Source of the DNA: Eledone cirrhosa
Taxonomy: Eukaryota
DNA: 64,000 nucleotides
Direction: 5' to 3'
Assembly (NCBI GenBank): GCA_964016885.1
Contig: OZ024741.1
Coordinates: 251,286,001-251,350,000 of the forward strand
In this document: one piece after another, positions 1 to 13,040 of the stretch
Position numbering within the stretch: the stretch's first letter is position 1
How the letters are laid out: each line of letters starts with the position of its first letter
The notes under the pieces: generated by a model
The model's database searches: none
Told to the model about the DNA's origin: nothing
What the model saw: the letters and a program-made list of their open reading frames with translations, nothing else
Position numbers and translations under genes: made by a program

Positions 1-520
1 TCCCAGAACCATCAGAGTTGTTGGAAACTTTGTGCACATGACATTTGAAACATCTTTAGGGTGTCAACAGAACCATCCCTTATTCTTTCGATTGACCTTT
101 TGGTCCTGATCAAAGTTTTTCACATCAGAGAAAAACCCAAACATTCCAAGCTCTTGATGTTTCAACTTGCTCATTAAGCACTTTATGTTGAAGATCTGCA
201 TGCACAATTTTTCTGATAGTGTATCTTGAAACACTGAGCTCTTTAGCAATGGTGCTAATTCACTTTCTGTGGTTCTTATCAATATTTTCTGTGCTTTTTG
301 TACAAATTTGGGTGTTCTGATGGTATTAGGACCATTAGCAGTTATATTACATGTGGCTACTTTTGTAGAATCCCCATCATTGGCTTCCAAAAGCCTTTCA
401 CAAATGACTGTGCAACTTTCAGGAAATGAGCAATTTCTAAATCCCTAGGAATCTGCCTTTAAGGCAACGATTACAGCGTGCCTTTTCATTTGTTGAGTGA
501 GTTTTATGTCTGTCATCATT
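1..520 (-). pseudogene. Decayed Tc1/mariner (DD37D/maT-like) transposase, running off the window start
   Basis: Minus-strand translation gives IRTPKFVQKAQKI (HTH region) and KLKHQELGMFGFFSDVKNFDQDQKVNRKNKGWFC*HPKDVSNVMCTKFPTTLMVLG, matching the first catalytic 'FSDEKNF' motif and the 'TKFPATVMVLG' motif. It contains stops and frameshifts. Confidence 0.75.
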
Positions 521-1024
521 TATCTGAAAAGATATGATAATCAGAACAAGTTATAAAAAGGTTATTAAAAGACATGTCCTCAAAGAACTGAGCAATCTGT
601 ATATGAAGAGAGAAAGTACTTCAGCCCAGAGGATGTGGTTGCTTTTGTTGGTGAACCTATCAATGAAATACTTATGGGGTATTTTGGTGATCCCTGGAAA
701 CTATATATTACATGGTGGGTGAGCAGAAATGTTGGGGTGTTCTGATTTGACTTAACTAGTGGGATCCCTCCCATGTGTGGGTGAGTATCTAATATTAATT
801 TTATGGTTTTATATTATACCATGTGTTAATTATTGTATGTTTTATAATACTTTTACACTTATTTCAGGTTTTTATCAAACTTATCTTTTCTATAATGAAT
901 GTCCTTGCCCCATATCCTCATTTTATATAACTTTGTTTATCCAGCCCCACATGTATGTTTATGTTTACTGTGTTCTGTATGTGAGATCTTGGGGCTAAGA
1001 AATCATCATCATCATCATTATTAT

Positions 1025-1810
1025 TGGTAGTATCGATAGAAAGTCGGCCAGCATGCTCCATGGCATAGAGTTACAGCTCTTAACATTCTGATTTCAAATC
1101 CCGCCGAGTTTAGCTTTACCTTTCATCTTTACTGGGTCAATAAATAAAGCACCAGTAATGCACTGGGGTCAATTTAATTGACTTTCCCCACCCCTTCAAA
1201 TTGCTGGCCTTGTGCCTAAAGTAGAAACAATTATTGTTATTATTGTCAAAATCATTAGAATATCAGACAGAATGCTTTGCTGCATATAGTTGTGGCCCAT
1301 TAAATTCTGAGTTCAAATCCTATAGGGGTCAATTTTGCCTTTCATGTTTCCAGGTTCAAATAAATAAAGTACTAGTAATGCACTGGGGTTGATTTAATTG
1401 ATTTTCCCATTTCCTTCAAAGTGCTGGCCTTGTGCCAAAAGAAGAAACAATTATTATAATTTGAGTTTGAATATCTCACCAAGGCCAGCTTTCTCTTTCA
1501 AACTCAATAAAATCAAGTACCAGTGACATACTGGTGTCAATATAATCGATTTTCTGCTCCTCCAAATTAATGGTCTTGTACCTAAAGTAGAAATCATTGG
1601 ATGGTAGATTGGCAGAATCAGTAGAATGTCGGACAACAAGATTTGCAGTAGAGAATTATGGCCTTTACATTCTAAGTTCAAATCCTGCTGAGGTTAGTTT
1701 TGCCTTTCATCCTTATGGATAAAATAAAGTACCAGTAATGCATTGGCATCAATTTAATTGACTTTCCCCTCCCCCTCAAATTGCTGGCCTTGTGCCTAAA
1801 GTAGAAACCT
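1025..1810 (+). mobile_element. Head-to-tail array of ~4 tRNA-derived SINEs (family A)
   Basis: Repeated B-box-like GAGTTCAAATCC, central GCCTTTCATC...GGGTCAATAAATAAAGTACCAGTAATGCACTGG and 3' TTGCTGGCCTTGTGCCTAAAGTAGAAACAATTATT. Confidence 0.8.
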
Positions 1811-2229
1811 TTATTTAGACAGTTTCATGTGTCTACTACACCCTCATTTGCCTCTCCATATTCTTGAGGTGTGTGTAGCAGACATTTGAAGATGTACAAT
1901 TATGTATGACATCAGTTTTGTGAGGTTTATTGTTGTTTCTAGTGTCATTTTTGTGTTGTATCAGGCTGTTGATGTTGTTGTTGTTTCTGCTGTTATGTTA
2001 GTGTTATATCAGGTTGTTGTTGTCTAGTGTTATGTTAGACGTATAGCTGGTTACTGTGTTGTGTTGAATATGTGCAATGTCAGTTTTATTATTTTCTTAG
2101 CTGGTGTTTATGTTTTCTATGAGTTGTATGTGATGAGTTATGTGTTTGAATGTCAGGTAATGGTCCTATTTCATATGTGATGTGGGAAATATCTAGGGCA
2201 ACAATTGCATCAATTATGTTTTGCAGGGA

Positions 2230-2620
2230 TCATTGGGGAGCCATTTGATACAATATAGTTTATAAGGAGTTGTGTTATTTAAAGTGTATTGATTGTAGAG
2301 GTGAGTGTAGATGTTGCATGGGTGATGTTATATTACTAGGGAGCAACATGGGTACAATATAGTTTATAGGGAGTTCTGTTATTGGGTGTTGAATGTAGAG
2401 GGGAGTATATATGTTGTATAGGTCATGTCATATTACTAAGGAGCAACATAGGTAAAACATAGTTTATAGGGAGTTGTGTTATTTCATTAAGTGTTGATTA
2501 TAGAGTGGAGAAGATATGTTGTGTGGATTGTGATATATTACTGGGGAGCAACAGGGTACAATATAATTTATAGGGAGTTGCTCTGCCTTATTGTCTGTTG
2601 AATGTAGAGAGTATGTATTG
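2230..2620. repeat. Degenerate ~105-115 bp tandem repeat
   Basis: GGAGCAACA..GGTACAATATAGTTTATAGGGAGTTGTGTT recurs about 4 times. Confidence 0.65.
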
Positions 2621-2789
2621 TTTGAAGTAGAGTATTGTGCGAGACATGCTATTGATTTGAAAGTGTCTGATGTAGGATATTAACTTTATCTAGCAGAACT
2701 ACTTTTTTGACAGAGTGCAAATTTGTGAGCATTAGTATATATTTTATGCATTTGTTCCCATTCTTCTTTATCATACTTAGTGTTCCAGG

Positions 2790-3341
2790 GATGCAGTATG
2801 GCTGTATAGTTACAAAAACCTGCTTCACAATCATCAGGTCTCAGGTTTGATCTCACTGCATGGCATCTTGGGAAGATGTCATTTACCATAGCCATGGGTT
2901 GACATATGCCTTGTGAGAGAAACTATGGCATCTTGGGAAGATGTCATTTACCATAGCCATGGGTTGACATATGCTTTGTGAGAGAAACTATGGCATCTTG
3001 GGAAGATGTCATTTACCATAGCCATGGGTTGACATATGCCTTGTGAGAGAAACTATGGCATCTTGGGAAGATGTCATTTACCATAGCCATGGGTTGATAT
3101 ATGCCTTGTGAGAGAAACTATGGCATCTTGGGAAGATGTCATTTACCATAGCCATGGGTTGACATATGCCTTGTGAGAGAAACTATGGCATCTTGGGAAG
3201 ATGTCATTTACCATAGCCATGGGTTGACATATGCCTTGTGAGAGAAACTATGGCATCTTGGGAAGATGTCATTTACCATAGCCATGGGTTGACATATGCC
3301 TTGTGAGAGAAACTATGGCATCTTGGGAAGATGTCATTTAC
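2790..3341 (+). repeat. tRNA-headed SINE whose 65-bp body segment is tandemly amplified ~7.4x
   Basis: A/B-box-like head at 2797-2855, then TGGCATCTTGGGAAGATGTCATTTACCATAGCCATGGGTTGACATATGCCTTGTGAGAGAAACTA starting at 2861, 2926, 2991, 3056, 3121, 3186, 3251 and 3316. Confidence 0.9.
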
Positions 3342-4479
3342 AAAATCATTACAGCATCAGAAAAAACTTGTAGTATTGAGTTACAACCCTTTACATTCTG
3401 AGTTCAAATCCCACCAAGGTCAAGTTTGTCTTTCATCCTTCTGGAGTTGGTTAAATAAAGTGCCAGTAAAGAACTCCTCCTCACAAATTACTGCTCTTGT
3501 GCATAAATTAGAAATCATTAACATTTCTAGCTCTTTACATTCTCAGTTGATATACCACTGTTTTCAATTTAGCCTTTCATCTTTCTGGTGTTGACAAAAT
3601 ATAGCCCAATATATGTGCTTGGTGTTGATTAAATACACTAACCTCCCTGCCCCCTAAATTTCTGACCTCGTGCCAGTGTTAGAAATAATTTTTACTTTTA
3701 TATGGATCCACTGGTTAGCTAAATTCATTGCAAAAAAAAAAAAACATCTCTTCATCTTCTTTTGAAAAGAAAGGATAAAGAGTTTTGAACTGCCTGGTGA
3801 ACATGGTGAAAGAGTATAGTGGACTAGGTTGAAGAAGCTGCAGGTATGGCTTTTCTTCTCTGGAAAATCCTTCATAAAGTTTTTCCAGTATGATTTGAAG
3901 TGAGAACATAATAATTATATGAAAGATAGATGAATGATAAATATGGATTTGAGTAGAATTGCAGAGGATGATAGGAATAGATCTGGTTATGAAAAGGAAT
4001 AGAATGAAGATGATAGGAATAGATCATAGTTAAAGAAGGATGGAAATGACTGTGTGTGTGTTCGTGTGTGTGTGTGTGTGTGTGTATACAGAGAGCTAAG
4101 TAGACCAATTGATGGACTGTGGTCTAAAAGTGAATCATATTGATCTGGTACCTATTACTGACAGCTAAGGTGGACTGTGGACTGTGGTCTGAGACATTGA
4201 TCTGGTACCTATTACTGAGAGTTAAGGTGGACTGTGGTCTGAGACTAAACTACATTGACCTGGTAACTAGTATTTACAACTAAGTGTGCTGTAGTCTCAA
4301 GGGTGAACCACATTGATCTGGTACCTATGACTGACAGCTTTATGAATTGATTAGTATATGTGTGGTGATGGTGGAAGGGGGTCAGTAGGGGGAATAGGTG
4401 TTCAAAAGAGGTGAGTGTGTGAAGGGACAAAATGGAGCAGTGAGGTATCTATGATGCTGTAAAGGGTGTGTGGAGCTGA

Positions 4480-4840
4480 ACAGAGTATGTGACATGGCAG
4501 ATATTATGGAATATGGCAGTGTGTGACACAACAATGTATAACACTTTAGTTTGTGTCACTGTATAGAATATATGACACAGCAGTGATGAGACACAGTAAT
4601 TTGTGACATAACATTGTGACACAGCAGTTATGGGACATAAAAGTGATGTGACAGCAATGTTGATGACACAACAGTGTGTCACACAGCAGTTATGTGACAC
4701 AAAAGTGTGTCACACATCAGCAATGTGACATAACTGTGTGACATTACATTGTGTCACACATCAGTGATGTGTAACATAACATTGTGTTACCCATCAGTGA
4801 CATGGCACATCAGTGATGTGGCACAACAGTGTGTAACTAA
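4480..4840. repeat. Degenerate short tandem repeat built on TGTGACACA/TGTGTCACA
   Basis: The motif recurs roughly every 20 bp in both orientations. Confidence 0.6.
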
Positions 4841-5149
4841 AAATCTCTACACATATTCTGTAATACTGTGTAACACTGAAACAAAACATTGACAACAATA
4901 GTTAATGAAACATTTCCAATGTTAAACATAGCAAACTCCTCCTGGAAATTGTCTTTACCTTCAATATAGAGATAAAGTAGGCTAGGTGATGACTCAATAC
5001 TGTGTATACTGTGGTGTACAATACAGGCAGTGGGATCTATGTTTGACAAACAAATACCCAAGACTGTTGTATGTCAGAACAGTGCTCTTATTATTTCATA
5101 AAATGTTAAATGTCCTTAACATTTTTTTATGTAAGGAAATACAGTGGAA

Positions 5150-5600
5150 AATTGACACTTTGTAGAACACAGGATTTATAGCTTTGTGGTATATGTCCTG
5201 CAGGTGATGACTTAAGGAAGTGGGATGTGGGCACTCAACACCACCATTGCTGAGACTCTTGCTGTAGCCCAAAGTAAAATGGAACGAATCATGCTTGACA
5301 TCACCTTATGTTACAGGAAGAACAACACCCGGATTCAACAGCAGACTGGAGTGGAGAATGTAATAGAGACCATCAAGAAAGGAAAACATAGATGGACTGA
5401 TCACATCTCTCGCTTAAGAGACAATATGAGGACTATTAGAGTGATAGAGTGGACACCAAGGCAGTGGAGAAGATGCAGAGGGCAGCCAAAGGTATCACAT
5501 GATGATCTCATGTGATACCTCGATCCCACATGAACCAATATGGTCAGAAATACGAAGCAGTGGAGGTCAAACAGGGAGGGGATTCTTCCAACAGGCATGA
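5150..5600 (+). mobile_element. Decayed RTE-clade LINE 3' fragment
   Basis: MERIMLDITL...IQQQTGVENVIETIKKGKHRWTDHISRLRDNMRTIRVIEWTPRQWRRCRGQPK resembles the RTE post-RT region (xRWAGHxxR...WxP...RxRGRP). Confidence 0.75.
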
Positions 5601-5869
5601 GGAGGTCCTGGATTTGGGATTTTTTTGGATTTTGGTAGTTATGACACTCTGTGCTCTGAATTCAAATCCTACTGAGGTCAATTTAGCATTTCATCTTTTC
5701 AGAGTCAATAAATAAAGTACCAACATGTTCAGAGGTAGTGGGTTAATAGAATTGTTACAACATCGAATGAGATGCTTTGCAATATCTGTTATGGCTCGTT
5801 ACATTCTGAGTTTAAATTCTACATTTACTCTATTGCCTAAAGTGTTCATGTAGGTAACATGACAAAAAG

Positions 5870-6320
5870 TGCTCAATCTCAATCCACACTGTAAAGTGGT
5901 TGTGTTGGTGTCATGACAAAAAGCACCCAGGCCACACTGTAAATGTGGTTGACATTAGGAAGGGCATCCAGCTGTAGAAACCAAGCCAGAAACAGTTCTA
6001 TATGAACAAGACATGGTCATCTGATCTAGCTTGTCTCACAATTAGACAACTCGTCTAACCCATGCTAGCATGGAAAAATGGAGATTAAACGATAATGATG
6101 AGGATTTTTAATTTAGGTACAAGGCCAGCAAGTTGAGGGAAATGGTAAGTCAATTATATCAACTCTAGTACTTAACTGGGGCTTTATTTTATTGACCTTA
6201 GATGGATGAAAGGCACAGTTGACCTTAGTGTAATTTGAACTCACTCAGAACGTAAGAAAACTGTAACTAAATATTGTGAAGAACTTTGTCTGATGCTCTA
6301 CTGATTCTGCCAATCCACTG
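5870..6320. mobile_element. RTE-tail SINE (+, 5870-6102) abutting a family-A SINE (-, 6105-6320)
   Basis: ACACTGTAAA..GGTTGACATTAGGAAGGGCATCCAGCTGTAGAAAC and tail CCCATGCTAGCATGGAAAAATGGAGATTAAACGATAATGATGA, followed by the reverse complement of family A. Confidence 0.7.
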
Positions 6321-7719
6321 CCCTTTAATTAATGAGAGTATGAAAATAGTTATCATGCTGCTGTACAAGAAGCTACATTCTAAAGAGAGCATGCTATGAG
6401 GAACATGAGGAATGTAAAAAATAAATCACTAACAGCAGGGTGTCGGGAAGACCCAGGAAAGAAAGTCTGTAAACATCTGAAATGATTCATCAATTTCTAT
6501 TGGAATATACAGGTAATCGAATTAAGGCTGTAGCAGAAATATTATGACTAGTGGGGGTAGGGAGAGTCATTAACCTCTTTTGGCAACAAAATACAATTAT
6601 CATCATCATCATCATTAGTCATCATCATCATTTTATGTTCACTTTCTAAACTGGCATTTGTTGGATGGGTTGTCACAGTGTCAGAGTGACCAGTCTTGCT
6701 CATTTGGTTCTATATTTGGTATGGTTGCTAGAGCTGGAATCCCTTCCAAATGCCAACCACCTTACATAGTGTGTACTGGGTGCATTTTTCATCATACCAG
6801 TGCTACCACTTTACAAAGTAGCATGGGTGCATTTTAGCATGGTACCAACACTTTACAGAGTATACACAGGGTGCATTGGGTGCATTATTTAGTGACACCA
6901 GCACTAGATTAATATCAACCTAGATGGTAGTGAGACATGAAGATTGAATTTGTCAGATCTATAGCTGATGGAGAATTAAAGTATTAAGTGTGGAAGCTGG
7001 AAAAAAATAAAGGGAATATGATATGTTGAATGTGAAATGTTAATTTTCATGGACATTGAACATGGAAGTTCTATGGAAGTTAGTAATGAGGTGAGTATAG
7101 GTCTGTTTGATGTGTAATGTTAACTTACATGGTGGTGAGACATGGCACATTCAATGTGGAAGAGCTGTGGAGGCTGAAATAAAGGGAATAAGATATGCTG
7201 CATGTGAAATGTTAATTTACATGGATATTGAACGTGGAAGCTTTGTGGAGACTGAAGAGAAATGATGTGAGTATGACCTGTTGGATGTGTAGTAATGTTA
7301 AGTTGCTTGAGAGGCAGAATATAAATGAGCCAAGAGAATGGCTGAACTTTAAAGAAACCACCTTGGAGAGATGACTGTATTGGAATAGACATGTGATGTG
7401 AATGGATGATGATGATGATGATAACAACAATGATAAGTGCTAAATAGAGAAGTGGTGTGTACCATCAAGAGTGAGGAGGTGTATCAATGGCAGAAGAAGC
7501 CTGAGAGATATGAAAGGAGGCAGTGTGATTAAATCTCAGGATGTTGAGCCTCACAAATGAGATAATACAAGAGCCTGAAAAGTGGCAATATCTTGTACTT
7601 GTAGATTTATCCAATCCATGTTGTCATTGAGACATATTTTAGAATATTGATACTGATGATGATTCAAGTTTAGGGATTAAATGGTAAATTTAAATACTCT
7701 TAGCTGGCAAATTTAAAGG

Positions 7720-8010
7720 ATGTGATAACAGTGTACCAGATATGATGTGTTTTGTACCAGATGTGGTAGGTGGAGTATCAGAAGTGGTGGGTGGAGTATC
7801 AGAAGTGGTGGGTGGAGTATCAAATATGATGGACAGCATACCAGATGTGAGAAACTGTGTATCAGATGAGGTTTGTGGTGTACCAGATGTGAGGGATAGT
7901 GTACCACATAAGGTGTGTGGGTACAAGATGTGGGGTACAGTGTATCAAATGTGATGTATGATGTAACAGATGTCAAAGTGGTGTATCAGATGTGATAGAC
8001 AGCGTACCAG
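7720..8010. repeat. Degenerate 21-bp minisatellite
   Basis: GTATCAGAAGTGGTGGGTGGA-like units; explains the spurious SDTPPTT ORF. Confidence 0.75.
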
Positions 8011-8113
8011 ATGTTAATACATAGTAAATATAATAAGGATGGTATCTCTTTCTGTTGTGGCATACTTGTTGGGGGGGGGGGGGGATTCCAGATCTGCCAA
8101 AATCTGTGGCAGT

Positions 8114-8143
8114 TCACTTTTTCTTTTCTTGAGTGTGTGATAT
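8114..8143 (-). CDS. Candidate terminal coding exon of the protocadherin (ISHTQEKKK*)
   Basis: A long (CT)n pyrimidine tract plus CCAG acceptor at 8145-8144. The phase-0 join to the 8613 donor gives ATA TCA CAC ACT CAA GAA AAG AAA AAG TGA, with a 469-nt intron. No transcript evidence is available. Confidence 0.45.
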   Translation of the reverse strand: MSHTQEKKK

Positions 8144-8144
8144 C

Positions 8145-8187
<43 letters not shown>

Positions 8188-8612
8188 GGCGGTGCATGAG
8201 AGATAGCGAGAGAGTGAGTAAGTGCATGTGTGTGTGTGTTCATGTGAATGATTGTGCAGGAATGTGTATGCATGTATGAGTAAGCGTGTGTAAGTATATT
8301 TACTGTGTATTCAAGAATGGCTTGTGTGTGTGTGCTACTATGCATGTGTATGTATAGTTAAACATGGTTTGTGAGTATGTGCAACTATGAGTGTCTGTAG
8401 TTAAGAATGATTCATGTGTATGAGCAAATATGTGTGTGCGTGTGTGTAATGCATGTATTTGCATTTATGTGTGTGTGTGTATGTGTAGTTAAGAATGGCT
8501 TATGTGTGTGAGAAAGTGTGTGCATGTATGCCTTAAGAAATGTTGAGAGAGAGAGAAAGAATAGAAAGAAAGAGAGAGGGAGTATAAGAGTGTTAGAGAG
8601 AGAGAGACTTAC

Positions 8613-11018
8613 CAACAAAACAGAAGGAGGTCTCCGTTCTGTGGTTGATGTAATCCACTCACTTTGAGATTCATACTGTGGGTAAAACTCAGCTTTAGAT
8701 TCAATCACCTGGGTATTTCGTCGGCTCACCTCAGCCGAATGGCCTGATGTGGGTACTGGTTTCTTCGTCTGTGTGATATAATGGCTTTTCTCCCTGTCTG
8801 ATGGGATTGCCGTGCTGACACCAGCCCTTGGGGAGCCATGTCGGTCGTTGTTGCAGCGGACGAAACATAAGGTGATGGAAACTACAAGGATAACAGACAG
8901 TATTACAGCAATGGCTACAATGATAATGAACCACGTAAGATTGATCATGTTGTCAGGAGATGGCTGAAGTGTATTCAACACTGAAGTCTTATTACTGACA
9001 CTCAATGTTAGAATTATGGTTGTGGTAGCTGTAAGAGCTGGTGAGCCACTGTCTTTCACAAGAAACTCAAGTCTGTAGGTGCCAGCATCGTTTTGGTAAA
9101 CCGTGCGAGCATAAGTTAGAACTCCAGAATAAGGGTTGATTGAGAATAACTGTTTGTTATTTCCACCAACTATTTCATATCGCAAGAAAGCATTTAAATG
9201 ACTGTCCCTGTCTGAAGCCCTTAATACTGTGATATCCTTTTTACTTTGGGGATGATAGCTAACATCGAGCCTAAATGGGTCCGTGCTAGGGAATGGGAAA
9301 TAAGGGGCATTATCATTCTCATCTAAAACTTCAACAATAACATTGGCTGTGTTATTTAGGGAAGGGTTTCCATTGTCTTTAACAAACACCTGGAACTTAT
9401 AAACATTTTGTTGTTCTCTATCCAGTGGTATGGTGGTTGAGATAAAACCATAATCAGTTATTTGGAATGGTATCACATGTTTACTGGTACTCAACAGAGA
9501 AAATGTCAGTTGACCACCAAATCCCATATCAGGGTCTGTGGCATTAATAAAACCTATGGGAAAGTTTGTTTTCCCATTTTCATAAGTCAGAAATTTGAAT
9601 GATTCTTTAGTAAATTGTGGCTGTACATCGTTGACATCCATTACTTCAATGGAGAACTGTCTTTGAGTTTGTAAGGGAGGGGATCCTTTATCTTCACAAG
9701 ACATTGTAATGTCATATTTATCTTGTTTTTCTCTATCAACAGGTTTCTTTAATGTAATTTTATATTCTTTTGAACCTAAATCTAAAAGAAGGAATTTATC
9801 ATGGTGTAGGCTACATTCCACCTCACCATTCTGTCCAATGTCATTGTCAATAACACTGACATAAGCTATGAAACTACCGACTTTGATCCCCTCAGATATC
9901 GAAGCTGTGTTCTGTTTCAGTGGTGAGACAAAATTCACATCAATAACCGGTGCGTTATTGTGATGGTTAATCACATTGACAATAACTATGGCAGTGGAAC
10001 TAAGAGGAAAACTACTACCATCTTTGGCCTCGACAAACAGCTTGTAGGTTTTCTTTTGTTCTGATGATAAATTCTTTGCAATGAAAATCTCACCTGTGAT
10101 ATTATTTAACCAGAAATGAGATTTAGCATAAACTGATGTTTCAGAGTTGAAATAGTATGAAACACGACCATTTTCTCCAGGATCTAAATCTTTGGCAGAC
10201 AATGCAATAATTGGTTTATCTCTTTGATATGTATTTCGTATGGAAACATTGTAAATATTTTTAGTGAAAATTGGGAAGTTATCATTGTCATCAATAACAG
10301 ATACATGGATATTTAGTAGGCCCTGGTTTGGAGGATAACCTCCATCTTTGGCAATAACTTGTAAATTGTATGAGTCTTTTGTTTCCCGATCAAGACTTTT
10401 GGTGAGAACAATACCAAGTTTGAAACTCCCTGTTATTCTTTTCTTTACAGATAATACAAATGGTGCTTTGTCCTTTGTTTCTAACTGGTAAGTAATCTTA
10501 GAGTTGCGGACACCAACATCTCTGTCAATGGCATTTGGAATAGATTTTAACATCCCTTTCTTGTCCCCTTCAGAAAACTGGATGTTGGCAAACTTATCAG
10601 GAAACTCAGGCCGGTTGTCGTTGACATCTTGTATGACAACTTTAATCTTCAGTATTTTCATAAATGTCTCAGCTTTTCGAAATGCAACTTTGACTATCTT
10701 AGAGCATTCCATCTTGTATGAACATAATACCTCAGCATCCAATGACTGAGCTGTGTATAATTTACCTTTCTTGGTTACATTGAACAAGCGGAAACTGTCC
10801 GATAGTCTTTGTTCCAGTTGGTTGAACGTTATGAGATTGTGTTCTTGGAATGGTATTTTGTCCATCAGGTGTAGGTCAGTAGCGATGTCTCCCACATATA
10901 CTCCAGGACCTTTCCCTTCCTCTACATGGTAGGTAAGGTCTACACAGAGGCAGCAGTGTAGAACCAAGCAAAGTATCGCCACTGTGTGAAGAACATCTTT
11001 TCTTTTTGTTCTCTTCAT
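8613..11018 (-). CDS. Protocadherin, large coding exon (signal peptide, 6 cadherin repeats, TM, proximal cytoplasmic region; 802 codons)
   Basis: ATG at 11018 (MKRTK...VAILCLVLHCCLC signal). EC1 has a C-x5-C motif (CSYKMEC). Linkers are DVNDNRPEF, DDNDNFPIF, DVNDVQPQF and DENDNAPYF, with LDRE/DRD motifs. TM is WFIIIVAIAVILSVILVVSITLCFV. A perfect donor TTG|GTAAGT lies at 8613/8612, after which the ORF becomes microsatellite. Confidence 0.96.
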
Positions 11019-11050
11019 CACTAAATCATCGGTCAATGAACAAAGGTCTT

Positions 11051-11085
11051 CTGCAATAAAGGAACCAAAAAGAAGAAAAATACTT
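11051..11085 (-). promoter_or_regulatory. Splice acceptor just upstream of the protocadherin ATG
   Basis: TTTTTCTTCTTTTTGGTTCCTTTATTGCAG|AAG. The exon would start at 11050, 32 nt before the ATG, implying a further-upstream 5' exon. Confidence 0.7.
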
Positions 11086-11294
11086 TGAATATGAGGCAAA
11101 TGTTAAAAGTTGAATCTGGATGTCTAAATCATTTATTTTATCATTAGAAAAAAAAACAAAACACAGAAACAGAATTACTATGTTGTTTAAATACTTCACC
11201 TTAACCAGTTATATATCTGAAGTGGGTGATGCCTCTTGGGTAGCACTTTAACCCTTTCATTAATATATTTATAATGAAATACTCTGTATTTGAA

Positions 11295-11465
11295 ATAATT
11301 GTTTCTACTTTTGGCACAAGGCCAGCAATTACCCCAGTGCATTACTTGTGCTTTATTTTATCGACTCCGTAAAGATGAAAGGTAAAGTTAACAGCAGGAT
11401 TTGAACTGAGAACGTAAAGAGCCATAACTATATGCTACAAAGCATGGTGTCTGACGCTCTATCTA
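11295..11465 (-). mobile_element. Family-A SINE copy
   Basis: AATAATTGTTTCTACTTTTGGCACAAGGCCAGCAA...TCGACTCCGTAAAGATGAAAGG...GGATTTGAACT. Confidence 0.8.
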
Positions 11466-12525
11466 TATTTGAATTAATGTGTGGATGCAATATTGGAAGG
11501 AATTCCCCACAATTACTCATTATCTCATTATTAAGACTAGCAGAAAAACCACCCTTCGAGTGGTTTACTGCTAGCATGTGTAGTGTGTATATTGATATTA
11601 TATGCAGGTATATATACATGTAGATATGATACATCAAATAATATCGTAATTGACAATATATAATACATAGAAATTGAACAAAGACTGCGTTACACTGTCT
11701 TATGTAATCAGGAACGTAATCTATGATACATTAAAAAAGACGATATTGTATATAAACTGCATTAGGAGAAAATTAGTATGTTTATTTAAGCGATGGCCAG
11801 CCAGAAGTGTTGACATTTCAGAAATTAAAAAAAAGTGAATCTTTAAATAAACAAAATATATTTAATCAACAGCCACGAAATTTAGTAGATAAATTATGTA
11901 ATTCATTATTTATTCAAAGTAATCCAACTTATTTTACTAATGGGATAAAAAATTATAAACCGTGCACAGTCCTGTGCTCCTTACTTTATTATAGTTTAGA
12001 TAGTATTAGCAACATAACTTCACAAAATTTTCTTATATAAAAATTATATTGGAAGATTTTAATTTAAATAAGAATTCATTAAAATGAGTGATTTTGTTGT
12101 GTAGTGCCAGAGACGGTTTTGGTATTGATAGGTTAAGTATGTTTAATGTGTATTGTTTTTCATGTGGGAGGGGAAGTACCAAACTGAATATACAATATCT
12201 TGGAGCTGTCTGCATCCATCTACAGGTAAAGCTTTATGTTTAGTACTATTATATGCTAGGGATTGAACCTGGAACTGCTAGATGTTGTCTGCTGTTATAA
12301 CCACTAGTTCATTGTATGCTTAGGCATTGAAACATTATGAACAGCTTCTACCATATTTATGGACATTTTAAGATGAGGAATATGACATAACCGCATAAGT
12401 AACACATCCTTGATACAATGTACACAGATGCACAAAACACACATAAATACATATACATACATATGTATATATTTACATATATACATACAAACATACATAT
12501 ATACATACACTATATATATACATAT

Positions 12526-12733
12526 ATAGGAAAAAGTATGGCCCCCCACGGCAGAGCTCAAGCCGTTCGACGGCTATTCTGGACTAATGTGTGGATGCAG
12601 AAATAGCCGTCGAAACGGCTTGGGCTCTGCCATCGGGGACATACTTTTTCCTATTTCCCACTCTACTACCCTAAGTATTGAGTACTCTGGTGTGTTATGG
12701 TCCATCTGGTTCCTTACCACAATTCCTTTGTTA
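12526..12733 (-). mobile_element. Hairpin-ended (TA)n-embedded element, copy A
   Basis: A ~55-bp inverted repeat at 12526-12654, plus an ~80-bp constant segment shared with 18706 and 63221. Confidence 0.8.
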
Positions 12734-13040
12734 TATACATATATAGAGAGAGAGATTTATTACTTTAAATCAAGTCAGGCAAACCATATTGTTTTAAATT
12801 AGTATTTTTTCAACCTAGCTAACTTGGTCATTTACAATTGGAACACATGTATACTTGTATCTGTGTTTATCCCTCTCATATATTCAATTATATTACACGG
12901 CTCGGAAAGATTCCCTTCTTTGAAGCTATTTAATTGTAAAAGACTATTTGAGCTTCTAACTCAATCTATGAGATATATATATTATAAATGCACACCATCA
13001 TCATCATATATATATGTATATATTAATTGGAACCCTTGTT

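Noticed and set aside
2861-3341. CRISPR-like regularly spaced repeats (also 41295-42580 and 56772-58100)
   Set aside because: The units are contiguous with no unique spacers, the context is eukaryotic, and there are no cas genes.
8412-8612. C-terminal 66 aa of the 895-aa ORF, and its first 27 aa (11099-11019)
   Set aside because: The C-terminal part lies past a perfect GTAAGT donor and is microsatellite-derived. The N-terminal part starts at TTG and spans the acceptor's pyrimidine tract.
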